A stretch of 63,685 nucleotides of DNA, filler included, from Octopus bimaculoides (GCF_001194135.2; 5 parts of 5 records of this genome joined end to end with filler, not necessarily neighbours in it), one strand, 5' to 3'. Positions 38,150-50,897 are shown, counted from the first letter of the whole stretch. The notes: generated from the letters alone by a model not told the origin. Made by a program: numbers and translations.

Positions 38150-38990
38150 AATAAACAAAACCAAAACAACAAAGACAGAGAAAAAGATAACTGATTTACG
38201 GAAGACCATCAGAAGACCATGCTTATTGCATGCAAATAAGCAAATCACTATATGTCCCACCAACAGAAAGTAAAGAAGGAGATAGAAATGATGTTTGGAG
38301 ACAACAAACAGAGGACACTTACTTGCAAACTGATTACCCTCAAGCAGGAGCTAAAAGCTGTCAGTGAGAAACTCTGACATCAGAAGAGAATAACTGACAG
38401 AAGAACTATAAACAAAAAATTTAACCGCAGCCAGGCAGCAGTATACAGAGACATGAGAGGAAGGGCAGTAAACATCACGGAAGCTCCTTCACGAGAAGAC
38501 ATAGACTCATTCTGGAAGATAATCTGGAGTGAAGAGAAGGAATTTAACCAAGATGCTCTGTGGTTGGAAGAAATCCGAAAACGTTATTACTCTTGCGTTA
38601 TACTTAAGACATACAACATTGATGGTGATACTCTTGCAACTGTGATCCAGAATCTCTAGAATGGAAAAGCACCTGGAAGAGACTTGATTATTGGATATTG
38701 GTACAAGAAGTTAACCTTCTACTGAACTTATCTTATCAATCTGTACCAGCAAGTTCTCAATGGGAACAGTAGCATACAACACTGGTTAGCTTTGGCAGAG
38801 ACAAAATTGATCTCCAAATGCAGAACCACCACTGGATATGTAACACATTGCCTTAATGCCAATCTTGAGAAATTAGGCTTCTCAAAACCAAAAAGGAGAA
38901 AGCTAATTCGAAGACTAAAGATCCAATCCATCACTGGAACTGTAAAAATCTGTAAAACTTTCCAGAAGTGTATCATTTAAATATATATGA
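38150..38990 (+). mobile_element. R4/Dong-like LINE fragment (pre-RT and RT N-terminal region)
   Basis: RTINKKFNRSQAAVYRDMRG...PSREDIDSFWKIIWSEEKEFNQDALWL...NGKAPGRDLIIGYWYKKL...WLALAETKLISK. Confidence 0.75.
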
Positions 38991-40794
38991 GCATGTCTAG
39001 ATATGCAACTATATACATGAGAATACATACATAAAACAAAATATACAAAGCTGCACATATGTATACATACATACATACATACATATATACATACATACAT
39101 ACATACATACATACATACATACAAAAATATCCTGCTGTTGATGTTGAAATTCCAATGAAGGAGCCTTGGATCTAGGTTAGGAACTGGCTCTTTCTCTATT
39201 TACAAGAAATCTTGAATTAAAACTGAATAATGACATACATACATAAATAGATAGATTATTTGAAATTTAAACCAGTTTATTTTCCTATTTCTCCAGCATT
39301 ATGATGATTCCATTATTTACTCTTTCTTATTATATTTCAGCAGTAACAATTTCAGCAATAACAATGTTTGAAGTAAACTATACGAGTAAGATCTTAGTAA
39401 ATATTTGTGTTAGTATATTGTATCATTTAATTGATTATTTGGGAAGTATTGTAGTCTTCTTGTTGAGGAGAAAACATTCCGAATTCCAACCCAGATTTAT
39501 GAATTAAAACAAATAACACATATTCTGTTGCTGAAAATTATATTTCTTAGCAAGTTCTGAACTGTCTCAATTATCATAGACCATTTCAGTATTGATAAGA
39601 TATAGCTACTAAACAAAGAACCGTGCATAATACCAATGTTGTTCTCAAAGACAGGTTGGAGAGGAAAACATCTCATTTGATGTTAACAAACAGTTGTTTG
39701 TATTTTACATTTATATCATGTTTTTCAATCCACAAACTTGTATGAAATCCATAAAATATACAATAACTATTTTCTAGGCGAAGTAACAGAATGATTATCT
39801 GCCTTACCAGAATATTGATGATTATGAAGAAGCTATTGTTATTGTTATTGTTTTAACTGTTGAGTTGCATGAAGGAGGTTGTGGTAATGCTGATGTTAAT
39901 AATGTATATAGATGTTATAGCTGTAGCAGAGAAAACACAAACAATGAAATTGATAAATTTCTCATTGGCATATAAATAACACTGGCTGTTCTTATTGCAG
40001 CTAGAAAGCAAAATACACGTGATGTTATTTTTACAGAAATTATCAATACCTTGTCAGTTTGATTTGAAAATTCGAGAATCTACACATCAGGCTGAAAAAT
40101 AAAAGTCTACTGAATTGTATTTGCTTTGGGCTTTTAAAATGTTCTCATCCACCAATTGAAAAGACTTTGATTTAAAGAATTCTGATTGTGTCTGATAGCT
40201 TGAGTGCTTTGAATAAAGAAACCAAATCTGCAAAAAAAAAAAAAAAAAAAACAACAACAACAACAACAAAAACCCATTGAAACATTTGTAGCATTTTTAC
40301 TAAAAGAAGAAACTGATGTTCAAAAACAGAAAAAAAAAAAGAGGAGAATAGAGACTGATATAATGGGTAGCCACAGTTAAGATGCACAGGAAAATAGCCA
40401 AGTGACATTATCAAAGAAAATATTTTTTCTAACAAAACATATTGAATATTCTACGAAGAATCAATCCAGCTTGTTTATGAACTTTATTGCTAAAATATAA
40501 TTATATTTCTTTTTTGGAAACTTTTATTATTATTTATTTATTTATATTTTTGTATTATTATATTAAACATAATAGCCATTAACTTAATATTTGGAGTCAG
40601 TTTATTTTATTCTAACTTTAAAATTTCGCTTCCAAACTGACTGACCCAAAGATGTCAAAAATACAGAAAAACATTTATTTCATTTAATTATGTGTCTATT
40701 TAAAATTCTAATAGAATATGGACTTTAAAATATATTATTAGTGAATTATTTAGTACAGCCAATCATCGTCTGTGAATAAATATGACTTCACTTA

Positions 40795-40945
40795 ATGTTT
40801 AAAGTGTTGAACTCATGATCATAAGATTGTGGTTTCCATTCCTGGACTGGGCAATGTATTGTGTATTTGAACAAGACACTTCATTTCACATAGTTCCAGT
40901 TCACTAGGGCTGGAAAGAATAAGTAATCCAGAGATGGACTGGCGT
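40795..40945 (+). mobile_element. CORE/V-domain-like tRNA SINE fragment
   Basis: gttgaactcatgatcataagattgtggtttccattcctggac...tgaacaagacacttcatttcac...gatggactggcg. Confidence 0.7.
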
Positions 40946-41199
40946 TTTATCAGGAAGAGGAATATATATATATATATATATACTCCATAGTGTCTGAGAA
41001 ACTGGCCAAAGGATCCCATAATTTGGGAAGAATGTTTAATCCTCTCTCTCTTTTGTTTTTTTTCGATGATTTGGTAACAAGCTTTCACTAACTTTTTAGG
41101 TACTTAATGTTGTATTGAACTCACTTAATCACCCTCTTGGCCCCTTTTATCCATGACTCAGTGAATCATCCCAGATTTATTAAGACAAAATTCCCATAC

Positions 41200-41780
41200 T
41201 CTTAGTATGTTAAATAGAATTTCTTACCTTCTTCCCAAAAATGTTAGAATCACTCTTTATTATTCTTTAATATACTCAAACTTCTCTTGCTGTGTTGCTG
41301 CCTGGGGAAATTGCAAAGTTCACTTACTCAACCATGCCATTCATAAATCATGGAAAACTCTCAAAATAAACAATCCTCAATCAAAATTACTTTCATTTAA
41401 TAATATATATATATATANNNNNNNNNNNNNNNNNNNNNNNNNNNNNNNNNNNNNNNNNNNNNNNNNNNNNNNATATATACAACTCTGCCATCAAGTTCCA
41501 CAAAATATTTCATCATCACCGCCATACTTATTTCTATGAAATTATCTGTCACCATTCTTTCCCTCATAACTACCAAACAAGAGGTATTACTGTCTTGAAT
41601 TTTGAAACACTCTTTTGTTGAGTATCAATTTGTCAAAAAAAAAAAGTATTGTTTATAACAGTACCAACATATGGAATAATATTTTACTACGATAGCTAAA
41701 AGACATTTTTTCGATGCCAAATTTCAAAAAAATCATTAAAAACCCAAGCTTCTGCTGAACCAATTAAACTCACACCCTTA
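41200..41780 (+). mobile_element. L2/Crack-like LINE 3' fragment
   Basis: MLNRISYLLPKNVRITLYYSLIYSNFSCCVAAWGN...KLLSFNNIY, typical of Crack/L2 RT C-termini. Confidence 0.75.
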
Positions 41781-41789
41781 TGATCGTGG

Positions 41790-42000
41790 ATTTGACGATT
41801 TGACTGAGGACTGGCAAGCCAGAAGGCTGCACCAGGCTCCAATCTGATCTGGCAGAGTTTCTACAGCTGGATGCCCTTCCTAACGCCAACCACTCAGAGT
41901 GTAGTGGGTGCTTTTACGTGCCACCGGCACGAAGGCCAATCAGGTGGTACTGGCAACGATCTCACTCAAATGTCTTTACATGTGCCACTGGCACAAGTGC
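41790..42000 (-). mobile_element. RTE 3'-tail repeat (short LINE tail or partner SINE)
   Basis: gactggcaagccagaaggctgcaccaggctccaatctgatctggcagagtttctacagctggatgcccttcctaacgccaacc is the reverse complement of the tail at 1020-1190. Further copies at 44000-44195 (-), 57150-57330 (+) and 59385-59660 (-). Confidence 0.85.
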
Positions 42001-42049
42001 CTGGAAGGCGACGTTGGGCATATACATAAATATATATATACACATACAT

Positions 42050-42270
42050 ATATATTTATGTGTGTGTGTCTCTTTGAGTCTGTGTTTGTCCTCCCACCAT
42101 CGCTTGACAATCGATGTTGGTGTGTTTATATCCCTGAAACTTAGCAGTTCGGCAAAAGAGACTGATAGAATAAGTACTAGGCTTACAAAGAATAAGTCCT
42201 GGGGTTGATTTCTTCAACTAAAGGTCGTGCCCCTGCATGACTACAATCAAATGAATGAAAGCTGATAATG
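42050..42270 (+). mobile_element. tRNA-SINE 3' half
   Basis: tgtctgtgtttgtcctcccaccatcgcttgacaatcgatg...gaataagtactaggcttacaaagaataagtcctgggg. Confidence 0.8.
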
Positions 42271-42996
42271 CTAAAGAATGCAGAAATGTCTTCGTCCTAT
42301 GATCCAATGACGTCATTCTCAGTCCAGTGTATCTTCATACATATCATCTGAGAGAAGAATATTCTCCCCAACACTGTTTCCATAGAGGAAGGTTTTTCCA
42401 TGTCTGAGTACACTCAAACAGGTTAGATATGTATTTATATGAATATATTGTATTCAATGCTGCTTCTGTGATGGACCAGCATCCCATCCAGGTGGGGGAA
42501 CCTATAACACCAATGAAGCCAGGAAACTGAACCTTATGAGCCAGGCATGGCTCAAGATGGAACAAACAAGCAACAAACGCATACTACTTCAAGCAAATTT
42601 AGTTAAGAAAATCAAAAAATACGTATCTTCAAAATTATAAACTATCAAAAATTAAAATACATTCTTTGAATCAATTTGTTTTTATTCTTTTTTTAAATTT
42701 TTTTATTGAGTTGCTGTTGTTAATGCTGCTGCATAGATGGCTAGCATAGAGATGAGTAAGTAGAACACTGTGGTTCCTCTGCTTGACCAATGCTAAAAGA
42801 TTGAAACGAGTAAAAGAGCTTAAAAAAGAATAAAAAGATAAAATGATTCCTCAGGATATATGAAATTTAGTTACAACTTAGTACAGTGTATGGGTTAATG
42901 CAACAGATGTTATGACAATTATGTGGTGTTTGTGTGAGTGTGTGTATGTGCGTATGTATATGTGTATATGTATGTGTGTGAGAGAGGGAGAGAGAG

Positions 42997-43029
<33 letters not shown>

Positions 43030-43838
43030 NNNNNNNNNNNNNNNNNNNNNNNNNNNNNNNNNNNNNNNNNNNNNNNNNNNNNNNNNNNNNNNNNNNNNNN
43101 NNNNNNNNNNNNNNNNNNNNNNNNNNNNNNNNNNNNNNNNNNNNNNNNNNNNNNNNNNNNNNNNNNNNNNNNNNNNNNNNNNNNNNNNNNNNNNNNNNNN
43201 NNNNNNNNNNNNNNNNNNNNNNNNNNNNNNNNNNNNNNNNNNNNNTGTGCATGCGCATGTGTACGTGTGTGTGTGTGTGCATGCATGTGTGCGTGTGTGT
43301 GTGTGTGTTTATCAGAATCAGATGGGAGAGATGGCGATATTAAGATGATGATGCACTGAATAATGTTCTGGAACGTTACTGACATTGAAAATGGTTGTTT
43401 GTTGTTATTTATATATCAACAACTATTAAACTGTAATAACTCAGTTACACCGAGGAAAATTACTTTCCTGCAACCTCCATTTCATATAAATTCTTTCCCC
43501 ACTGCCATTAGTATTCCCTTTTATAACCATCCCCTGTGCTATCCTCATCCTCCACTTCCACCATCACCAGCATCTCATCCGTTTAACATCTTGTATCAGT
43601 TAGACATACATTAGTTACAGAAACCCTCCTCCTTGCTGCAAAAGTTTTAAATTAGTTGACGAGTGATGAAAATTAGGGCAGTACATTACATCCCAGATAT
43701 TGCCAATGGGCAAAACACAATTAATAAAGCATTTCTTCTATGATATAAATCTTCAAATTCAAAAACTAATTGAAACAGAGAAAGTTTATTTCTGTTTCAC
43801 TTCATATTTATTTCTACAAATATCTTTTAATCCTTTAG

Positions 43839-43884
43839 GATTCTGGAGAGATCAGTAGAAGTGAAAACAATGACAGTGATAAAG
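43839..43884 (+). CDS. Candidate 46-nt exon (phase 0-1: DSGEISRSENNDSDK-G)
   Basis: Strong acceptor tatcttttaatcctttag| and donor AAG|GTAAAA in unique sequence. The alternative phase 2-0 reading is ILERSVEVKTMTVIK. Confidence 0.5.
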
Positions 43885-44502
43885 GTAAAAATAGATATGG
43901 TATTTTGTTACGCTGTTGGATTATACAATGTTGCACTCTAGTCATAACACGTCTGTTAATTCATTAATGAAAATAATTAACAGTCTTCATCATCATCATC
44001 ATCGTTTAACATCCACTTTCCATGGGTTGGACGATTTGACTGAGGACTGGCAAGCCAGAAGGCTGCACCAGGCTACAATCTGATCTGGCAGAGTTTCTAC
44101 AGCTGGATGCCCTTCCTAACGCCAACCACTCTGAGAGTGTAGTGGGTGCTTTTACGTGCCACCAGCATGAGAGCCAGTCACATGGTACTGGCAACGAATT
44201 TATTAATAAAATTGAATTACTATTCAAAACTATAAAACTACATGGTTTTAAGATATTTTGAAATTTAGCTCTGTATTTAAGAGGACTATATTGTAAATGG
44301 GTATTTCATGAATAGTTAGAAATGTAAACTCTGTACCTATATTATCATATTACAATACCTGATTTTGTCAGTTTTTTCTAGCATATCAACACTCCAAAAC
44401 TATGAACCCACTAATACATTTTCAGTTCTTTCCAGATTGTTTTGGAAAATATTCAATTCAATCATATTCACCATGATCCAGATTACATTTCCAGTATACC
44501 TA

Positions 44503-44760
44503 AAGCTCGCGTGGCTTAGTGGTTAGGGTATCAGCATCATGATTGTAAGATTATAGTTTCGATTCTTGGACCGGGTGACGCATTGTGTTCTTGAGCAAAA
44601 CACTTCATTTCACGTTGCTTCATTCCACTCAGCTGGCAAAAATGAGTAACGCTGTGATGGACTGGCGTCCTGTCCAGCTGGGGAACACATACGCCATTGA
44701 AACCGGGAAACTAGGCCCACGAGCCTGGCTAGGCTTTAAAAGGGTGCATTTATTTATTTA
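44503..44760 (+). mobile_element. CORE/V-domain-like tRNA SINE, near full length
   Basis: A box gtggcttagtgg, B-box-like gtttcgattc, CORE-like cttgagcaaaacactt, and V-like gatggactggcgtcctgtccag. Confidence 0.8.
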
Positions 44761-44764
44761 TTTA

Positions 44765-45180
44765 TCTATACCTAAAGCTACAAAGCTTTCCGGAATTGAT
44801 CAAGGGAAGATTCTTGCAGTGAAAGCAGAAGGAATGAGTAACTAGAAGATTGCTGAGAAGATTCAGTGAAGCAGAATGCCAGCGGAGAAAATTTTTTGAA
44901 AGATCCTGATGGCCACAATAGGGTTCATGCTGGTGGACGTCTCAAGACTACATCAGAAAGGGATGAAAGAGCCATTGTCAAAGCTGGGAAGAAAACATGC
45001 TGCACTTCTGTTTCCAAAATCAAGGCATCAGCAGGAGTAGGGACCTCGACATCCACCGTAAGAAGAGTGATTTTGAACCATGGTTATTATTCAGTTTTAT
45101 TTCAACATTTCTTGCCAATAGAGAAAGAGCTGGTTTCTAACCTAGATCCAAGGTTCCTTCATTGCAATTTCAACATCAAC
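44765..45180 (+). mobile_element. Tc1/Tc3-like transposase N-terminal (HTH) remnant
   Basis: PKATKLSGIDQGKILAVKAEGMSN*KIAEKI...GGRLKTTSERDERAIVK...SKIKASAGV..STSTVRRVIL. Confidence 0.8.
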
Positions 45181-45209
45181 AGCAGGGTATTTTTGTATGT
45201 ATGTATGTG

Positions 45210-45240
<31 letters not shown>

Positions 45241-45323
45241 GAAGATTTGTACGTTTTATGTATATCTATCTATCTATCTATCTATCTATTCATCTATCTA
45301 TCTATCAGTCTATCTCTCTCTCC

Positions 45324-45382
<59 letters not shown>

Positions 45383-45534
45383 CATATGTATGAAACATAA
45401 GCAGACATAACATAAACAATGCCAGTTTTAAGATTAATGTAACATAAAGACTGACACACACACACACATACATATATGTATGTCACTCTCACACACACGC
45501 ACACACATATGTGTATGTATAGAGGTATATATGT

Positions 45535-45871
45535 ATGTACATACATGTATGTGTGTGTCTGTCTTAACATTCCGTTGATCTCAAAACTACGGTTATTTAT
45601 GTTATGTCTGTTTATGTCTCGTAACTTACTGGTTCAACAAATAAAGATTGACATAATGATTAGTAGACAAAAATATGTACTGGGATCGATAGAGTCAACT
45701 AAATCATTTCAGGTGGCACCACACCACCTGAAATGTCTAATCAGTGAAGTTTATAAAACAATATTATACCTGGAATACGTCCTCATTATTTTCATTTTTA
45801 CATCCATACACTTCTCTATTGCTTGATTTATTGGGGCCATAATTTATCATCATCATCATCATCATCATCAT
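45535..45871 (+). repeat. Left arm of a long inverted repeat (partner at 48945-49285)
   Basis: The same ~100-aa pseudo-ORF appears on + at 45476-45826 and on - at 48992-49291, with only scattered substitutions by eye. Confidence 0.9.
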
Positions 45872-46298
45872 NNNNNNNNNNNNNNNNNNNNNNNNNNNNN
45901 NNNNNNNNNNNNNNNNNNNNNNNNNNNNNNNNNNNNNNNNNNNNNNNNNNNNNNNNNNNNNNNNNNNNNNNNNNNNNNNNNNNNNNNNNNNNNNNNNNNN
46001 NNNNNNNNNNNNNNNNNNNNNNNNNNNNNNNNNNNNNNNNNNNNNNNNNNNNNNNNNNNNNNNNNNNNNNNNNNNNNNNNNNNNNNNNNNNNNNNNNNNN
46101 NNNNNNNNNNNNNNNNNNNNNNNNNNNNNNNNNNNNNNNNNNNNNNNNNNNNNNNNNNNNNNNNNNNNNNNNNNNNNNNNNNNNNNNNNNNNNNNNNNNN
46201 NNNNNNNNNNNNNNNNNNNNNNNNNNNNNNNNNNNNNNNNNNNNNNNNNNNNNNNNNNNNNNNNNNNNNNNNNNNNNNNNNNNNNNNNNNNNNNCACC

Positions 46299-46329
<31 letters not shown>

Positions 46330-46949
46330 ACATCATCATCATCATCATCATCATCATTACCACCACCATTAATTCCATCACCACCACTACCAACACCATT
46401 ACCACCATCATCATCACTAACAGTGTTTTAATGTTCACTTTCCATGCTTGCATGGGTCAGAATTCATAGAGGCAGATTTTTATTTTACACCCAGCTTCCC
46501 TTCCCATCACCAACCCTCACCTGTTTCCAATGCTAGGCAATATGTTTACCCTTGGCTGGACATGTTTTTTTTTGTTTTGTGTTTCTTTTCTTTCTTTTTT
46601 TTGCAGAAGAACAGAATCAAAGGACATATACGATGGTGCTGTACACAATGATTCCATGGTGTAACCAATGAGAAAAAATAAAGATTTCACCGAAGAAAAC
46701 GGAAGACAGTTTTAAAGTATTCTTCTTTGATATTAGAAGTAAAATGACTAAAGTAAATGAAGACCTGTTCATGGTTCATGACTTATATTTGGTTTCACTC
46801 GCATCTCCTTCATGTTACATTATGATATCTTCTGATGGGTTTTTTTTTTTTTTATAAAAGGCCTATATAACTACATTTTGTTTTTACTATATAAAAAAGA
46901 TCTTTTGTTTTATCATCTTTTTTATTAATTTATTTATTCAATTATCAGT

Positions 46950-47360
46950 GCAGGCATGGCAATGTGGTTAAGAAGTTTGAAGAAGCTTGTTTCTCAATCA
47001 TGTGGTATTGGGTTCAGTCCTACCTTATGGAACCTTGGGTGAGTGTTTTCTATTATAGCTTGAGATTAACCAAGCCCTTGGTTGCTTCCCACGCAGGCAC
47101 AAGTGTGGTTGTGTGGTAAGAAGTTTGCTTTCTAACCATGTGGTTTCAGGTTCAGTCCTATTGCATGACACCTCGGGCAAATGTCTTCTACTACAGCCTT
47201 GGGCTTACCAAAGCCTTGTGAGTGGATTTGATAGATGGAAACTGAAAGAAACCCATCTTGTGTGTGTGTGTGACTGTGTTTGACCCCTAATATTGCTTCA
47301 CAACTGGTGTTGGTGTGTTTACATCTTTGTAACTTAGCAGTTCAGCAAAAGAAAAGAATA
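46950..47360 (+). mobile_element. Two tandem tRNA-SINE copies
   Basis: Heads at ~46950 (gcaggcatggcaatgtgg) and ~47095 (gcaggcacaagtgtggttgtgtgg). The second extends into the SINE body. Confidence 0.75.
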
Positions 47361-47399
47361 CTTACATCATTTATATTACATTATCAGAATTCTGAAGCA

Positions 47400-47835
47400 A
47401 TTTCTCTTTGGCCAATTCCTAACAGGAAGGTCAGTTGGAAGGCCACTCTTGTGCTTCAAAGACAAACTAAAAGACAATCTGAAACGATGCAACATTCCCT
47501 TTCCATCCTGGGAAAACAAAGCATCAGGAAACAGGACCTGGCACCAGTCCTTGCTTCCACTCAGTTCAAAGATTTGAGCAAAGTCAACTCCAAGATCAGG
47601 ACCAATTTCGTGCAAGCATGAAGGCATGCTGGCAAAATGCTGCTCTTCTAAATGGAAACCTTACTTGTTGTAGGTTTTGTGGCCCGAAGTAAAGCAGGCC
47701 TTGCTATCTACTCAAGAAAACACATAGTAAATGATCTACAAGCACTCAAGCAAACTCAGTCCTCCACTTGTTCCATTTGTAAAAAGGTTTGCAAGGCGCC
47801 AGCAGGCCTCAAGAGACATATCCGTGTCCATAGAA
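47400..47835 (+). mobile_element. RTE-BovB-like LINE C-terminus with terminal C2H2-like finger
   Basis: GRSVGRPLLCFKDKLKDNLKRCNIPFPSWENKAS...TCSICKKVCKAPAGLKRHIRVH. Confidence 0.8.
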
Positions 47836-47908
47836 CATGGTTAATGCTTTATTTTACTGAACCTTCCTTTGACGTTCACGACAAGAGAATCCACCATTAT
47901 TTTTATTA

Positions 47909-48334
47909 CCGTAAATCCTCGAGTATAGTCTGCCTTTGAGTATAATATGCAGGGGATTTTTAGGGGGCTGTATCTCTGAAAAACCTAAACCTTGTGTATA
48001 ATACGCACCCCTTCTCTAACTTGAGTCAAGGAGGTCTATATAACTCCTTGGTTTGTAAACGTATATACGGTAACGTCCTTTATTATTATTATCGTATATA
48101 TAACATAATGCAACGTGTAGCTTTTTTGTGCACTTTGTTTGCAGAAAATAAAGAAATAACAGTAATAACGTCAGTGAAAAATAAATATTATGAAAATTGC
48201 CTTTACATATTTATCACTTAGAAAATTTTGCTTAGAAAATACTTTTCATTTTTAACCTCGTATATAGTACGCACTGGAAATTTTGACCTTTAAATTTTGG
48301 GAAAAAGGTGCACATTATACTTGAGGATTTACGG
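47909..48334. mobile_element. Non-autonomous pogo/Tigger-like MITE (426 bp) with TIRs and TA target duplication
   Basis: Left TA-CCGTAAATCCTCGAGTATA and right TATACTTGAGGATTTACGG-TA (one mismatch in 19 nt). No coding capacity. Confidence 0.85.
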
Positions 48335-48944
48335 TATTCATTTTGTTTATCATGTACAATCACATGTGCATTCATCTTTATTTTATTTATTTCATTGAAT
48401 TTTAGGAAAATTAAAGCACGTCTTTGACAATTACAGAAGGTATTAAACTTATTTTGTGTGTGACTTTTAGCTCACCCTACACACGTGTGTGTGTGTGTGT
48501 GTGTTTGTAACTGTCTATCTTGATCTCGCATAATATGTGTAAATAAGCTGCATCATCGCAGATGTTCCTCAGTCCAATTCCTCTGTGAATGTATATTGAA
48601 CCATGGGGAAATATTAACCCTGCATGGAAACAAGTGAAAGGAGAGGACAAGAAGGACACCCGCCTACAGAAAATCTGCGTTAATGAATTCCATCTGACCC
48701 ATGCAAGCATGGAAAAGCAGATCTTATGACAATGGTCGTGGTGTTGGTGGCGGTGGCGGTGACGGCTGTGGTGGCTGTGGTGGCGATAGTTGTGGTGGTT
48801 AGGATAATGTTGATGATGATGATGATGATGATGTGTGGTAGTAATGGTCAGCAGTGGGGGGGATTGTGGCAGTAGCACTGGTGGTGATGGTAATGGTGGT
48901 GGTAATGATAATGATGATGATGGTAATGATGGTAGTGGTGGTGA

Positions 48945-49285
48945 TGGTGGTGATGATGATGATGATGTTGATAAATTATGGCCCCAATAAATCAAGCAAT
49001 AGAGAAGTGTATGGATATAAAAACGAAAATAATGAGGACGTATTCCAGGTATAATATTCTTTTATAAACTTCACTGATTAGACATTTCAGGTGGTATGGC
49101 GCCACCTGAAATGATTTAGTTGACTCTATCGATCCCAGTACATATTTTTGTCTGCTAATCATTATGTCAATCTTTATTTGTTGAACCAGTAAGTTACGAG
49201 ACATAAACAGACATAACATAAATAACCGTAATTTTGAGATCAACGGAATGTTAAGACAGACGCACACATACATATATGTACGTAC
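48945..49285 (-). repeat. Right arm of the long inverted repeat
   Basis: Reverse complement of 45535-45871. Confidence 0.9.
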
Positions 49286-49429
49286 ACACACACTTGAGTG
49301 TGTGTATGCATGTGTCTGTGCATGTGTGTGTGTGTGTGTCTATATAACGGTAAGCTAAAAACTAGTGTTGTTTGTGTTATTTTTGTTTATGTCTCATGTA
49401 TACATATATATCATCATCACCATCATTAC

Positions 49430-49465
<36 letters not shown>

Positions 49466-49719
49466 GCTAGAATAATATGGTCTGGTGAGCTGCAGGGCTG
49501 TAGCTATCTTCAATGTCATCAACACAGCCCTGCAGCTTGCCAGTCTCCGGTCAAGCCGTCCTACCCATACCAGCATAGACAGTGAACGTTAAATGATGAA
49601 GATGACGATGATGACGACGATAACGACAACGATGACACCGATGGTGATGATATGTATATATGTATGAGATAGATAAGTATGTAAATAAGTATATACATGT
49701 TTGTGCGTGTGTGTGTGTA

Positions 49720-49769
<50 letters not shown>

Positions 49770-49779
49770 TATATATACA

Positions 49780-49950
49780 TAGGTGCAGGCATGGCTGTGT
49801 GGGAAGAAGCTTGCTTCCCAACCTCATGGTACCATGGTCAGTCCCACTGCATGGCACCTTGGGCAAATATCTTCTACTATTGCCTCGGGCCAACCCAAAC
49901 CTTGTGAGTGGATTTGGTAGATGGAAACTAAAAAGAAGCCTGTCAATATA
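49780..49950 (+). mobile_element. tRNA-SINE 5' half
   Basis: aggtgcaggcatggctgtgtgggaagaagcttgcttccc...ggatttggtagatggaaactaaaagaagcc. Confidence 0.8.
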
Positions 49951-49999
49951 TATATAAGAGAGAGTCAAAAATTATACACACTCTTGTTTTTCCAATGTA

Positions 50000-50830
50000 T
50001 TTACACAAAACCAGGAGATAAACAAGTACATCATTTTTCCATATAGTTTCCTTCCTTTTTGGTGCTCTTGGTTCAGCAGTCCACAAGCTTTCAAATTCCG
50101 TCCAAGAAGGTTTTCAGTTGGTTGTGCAACCATTTATGCACCACTTCCTTCACATCTTCATCCATAGGAAATTGACGACCTCATAAACCATCTTTGAGCA
50201 GTCCAAAGATATGATAGTCAGAAGAGGCAAGATCTGGATTGTAGGCAGGCTGTTCCAGTGACTCAGAACCCAATTGGTTAATGGTTTCAACAGTCTGGGT
50301 GTTCATGTGTGGGCATGCATTGTCATGCAACAACAAAATTTTCTTCAATAATAGATTTTGGCATTTGGCGTGAATTGCTGGCTTCAGCTTGTTGGCCAGT
50401 AAAGCACTATATCTTGCACTATTGATCGTACACCCCTTTTCCAAGTAGTCTTCCAGTATAGGCCCTTTTGAGTCCCAAAAAAAGGTTAGCATCACCTTTC
50501 CCGGATGTTTCCACTCCTATTCTGTTTCCACTCTGATTCTGCCTGGATATTTCCACTTGGATTCTGCCTCATAATGATGGACCCACGTTTCATCTCCTGT
50601 CACTATTCTTCTCAAAAATTCCTTGCCTTCATCATTGTTATACCAATTGAGTAAACGTTTGCAGACCTCAAGATGTTTGCACTTGTGCCCTGCAGTTAGC
50701 TCTGTTGGCACCCATCTTGTGCAGACTTCATGGAAGCCAAGAACATTGTAGATGATTTGATAGGGATAGTAAAAAACACTTGGCTAAGATGTTGTGCAGT
50801 AGTATTGAGCATCAGATCCACCAGTCCTAC
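50000..50830 (-). mobile_element. mariner (DD34D) transposase remnant
   Basis: RWVPTELT...FLRRIVTGDETWVHHYEAESK...MMLTFFWDSKGPIL...LLLHDNACPH(x)n PAYNPDLASSDYHIFG. There are 34 residues between the second and third Asp. Confidence 0.9.
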
Positions 50831-50897
50831 AAGGTTGCACACATTCATTTCAACCACTCTACACCAATATCTGTAAATATCTTTCAANNNNNNNNNN

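Noticed and set aside
40050-40091. 42-nt minus-strand candidate exon
   Set aside because: Splice-like signals on both strands of an AT-rich stretch, with no recognisable peptide and no independent support.
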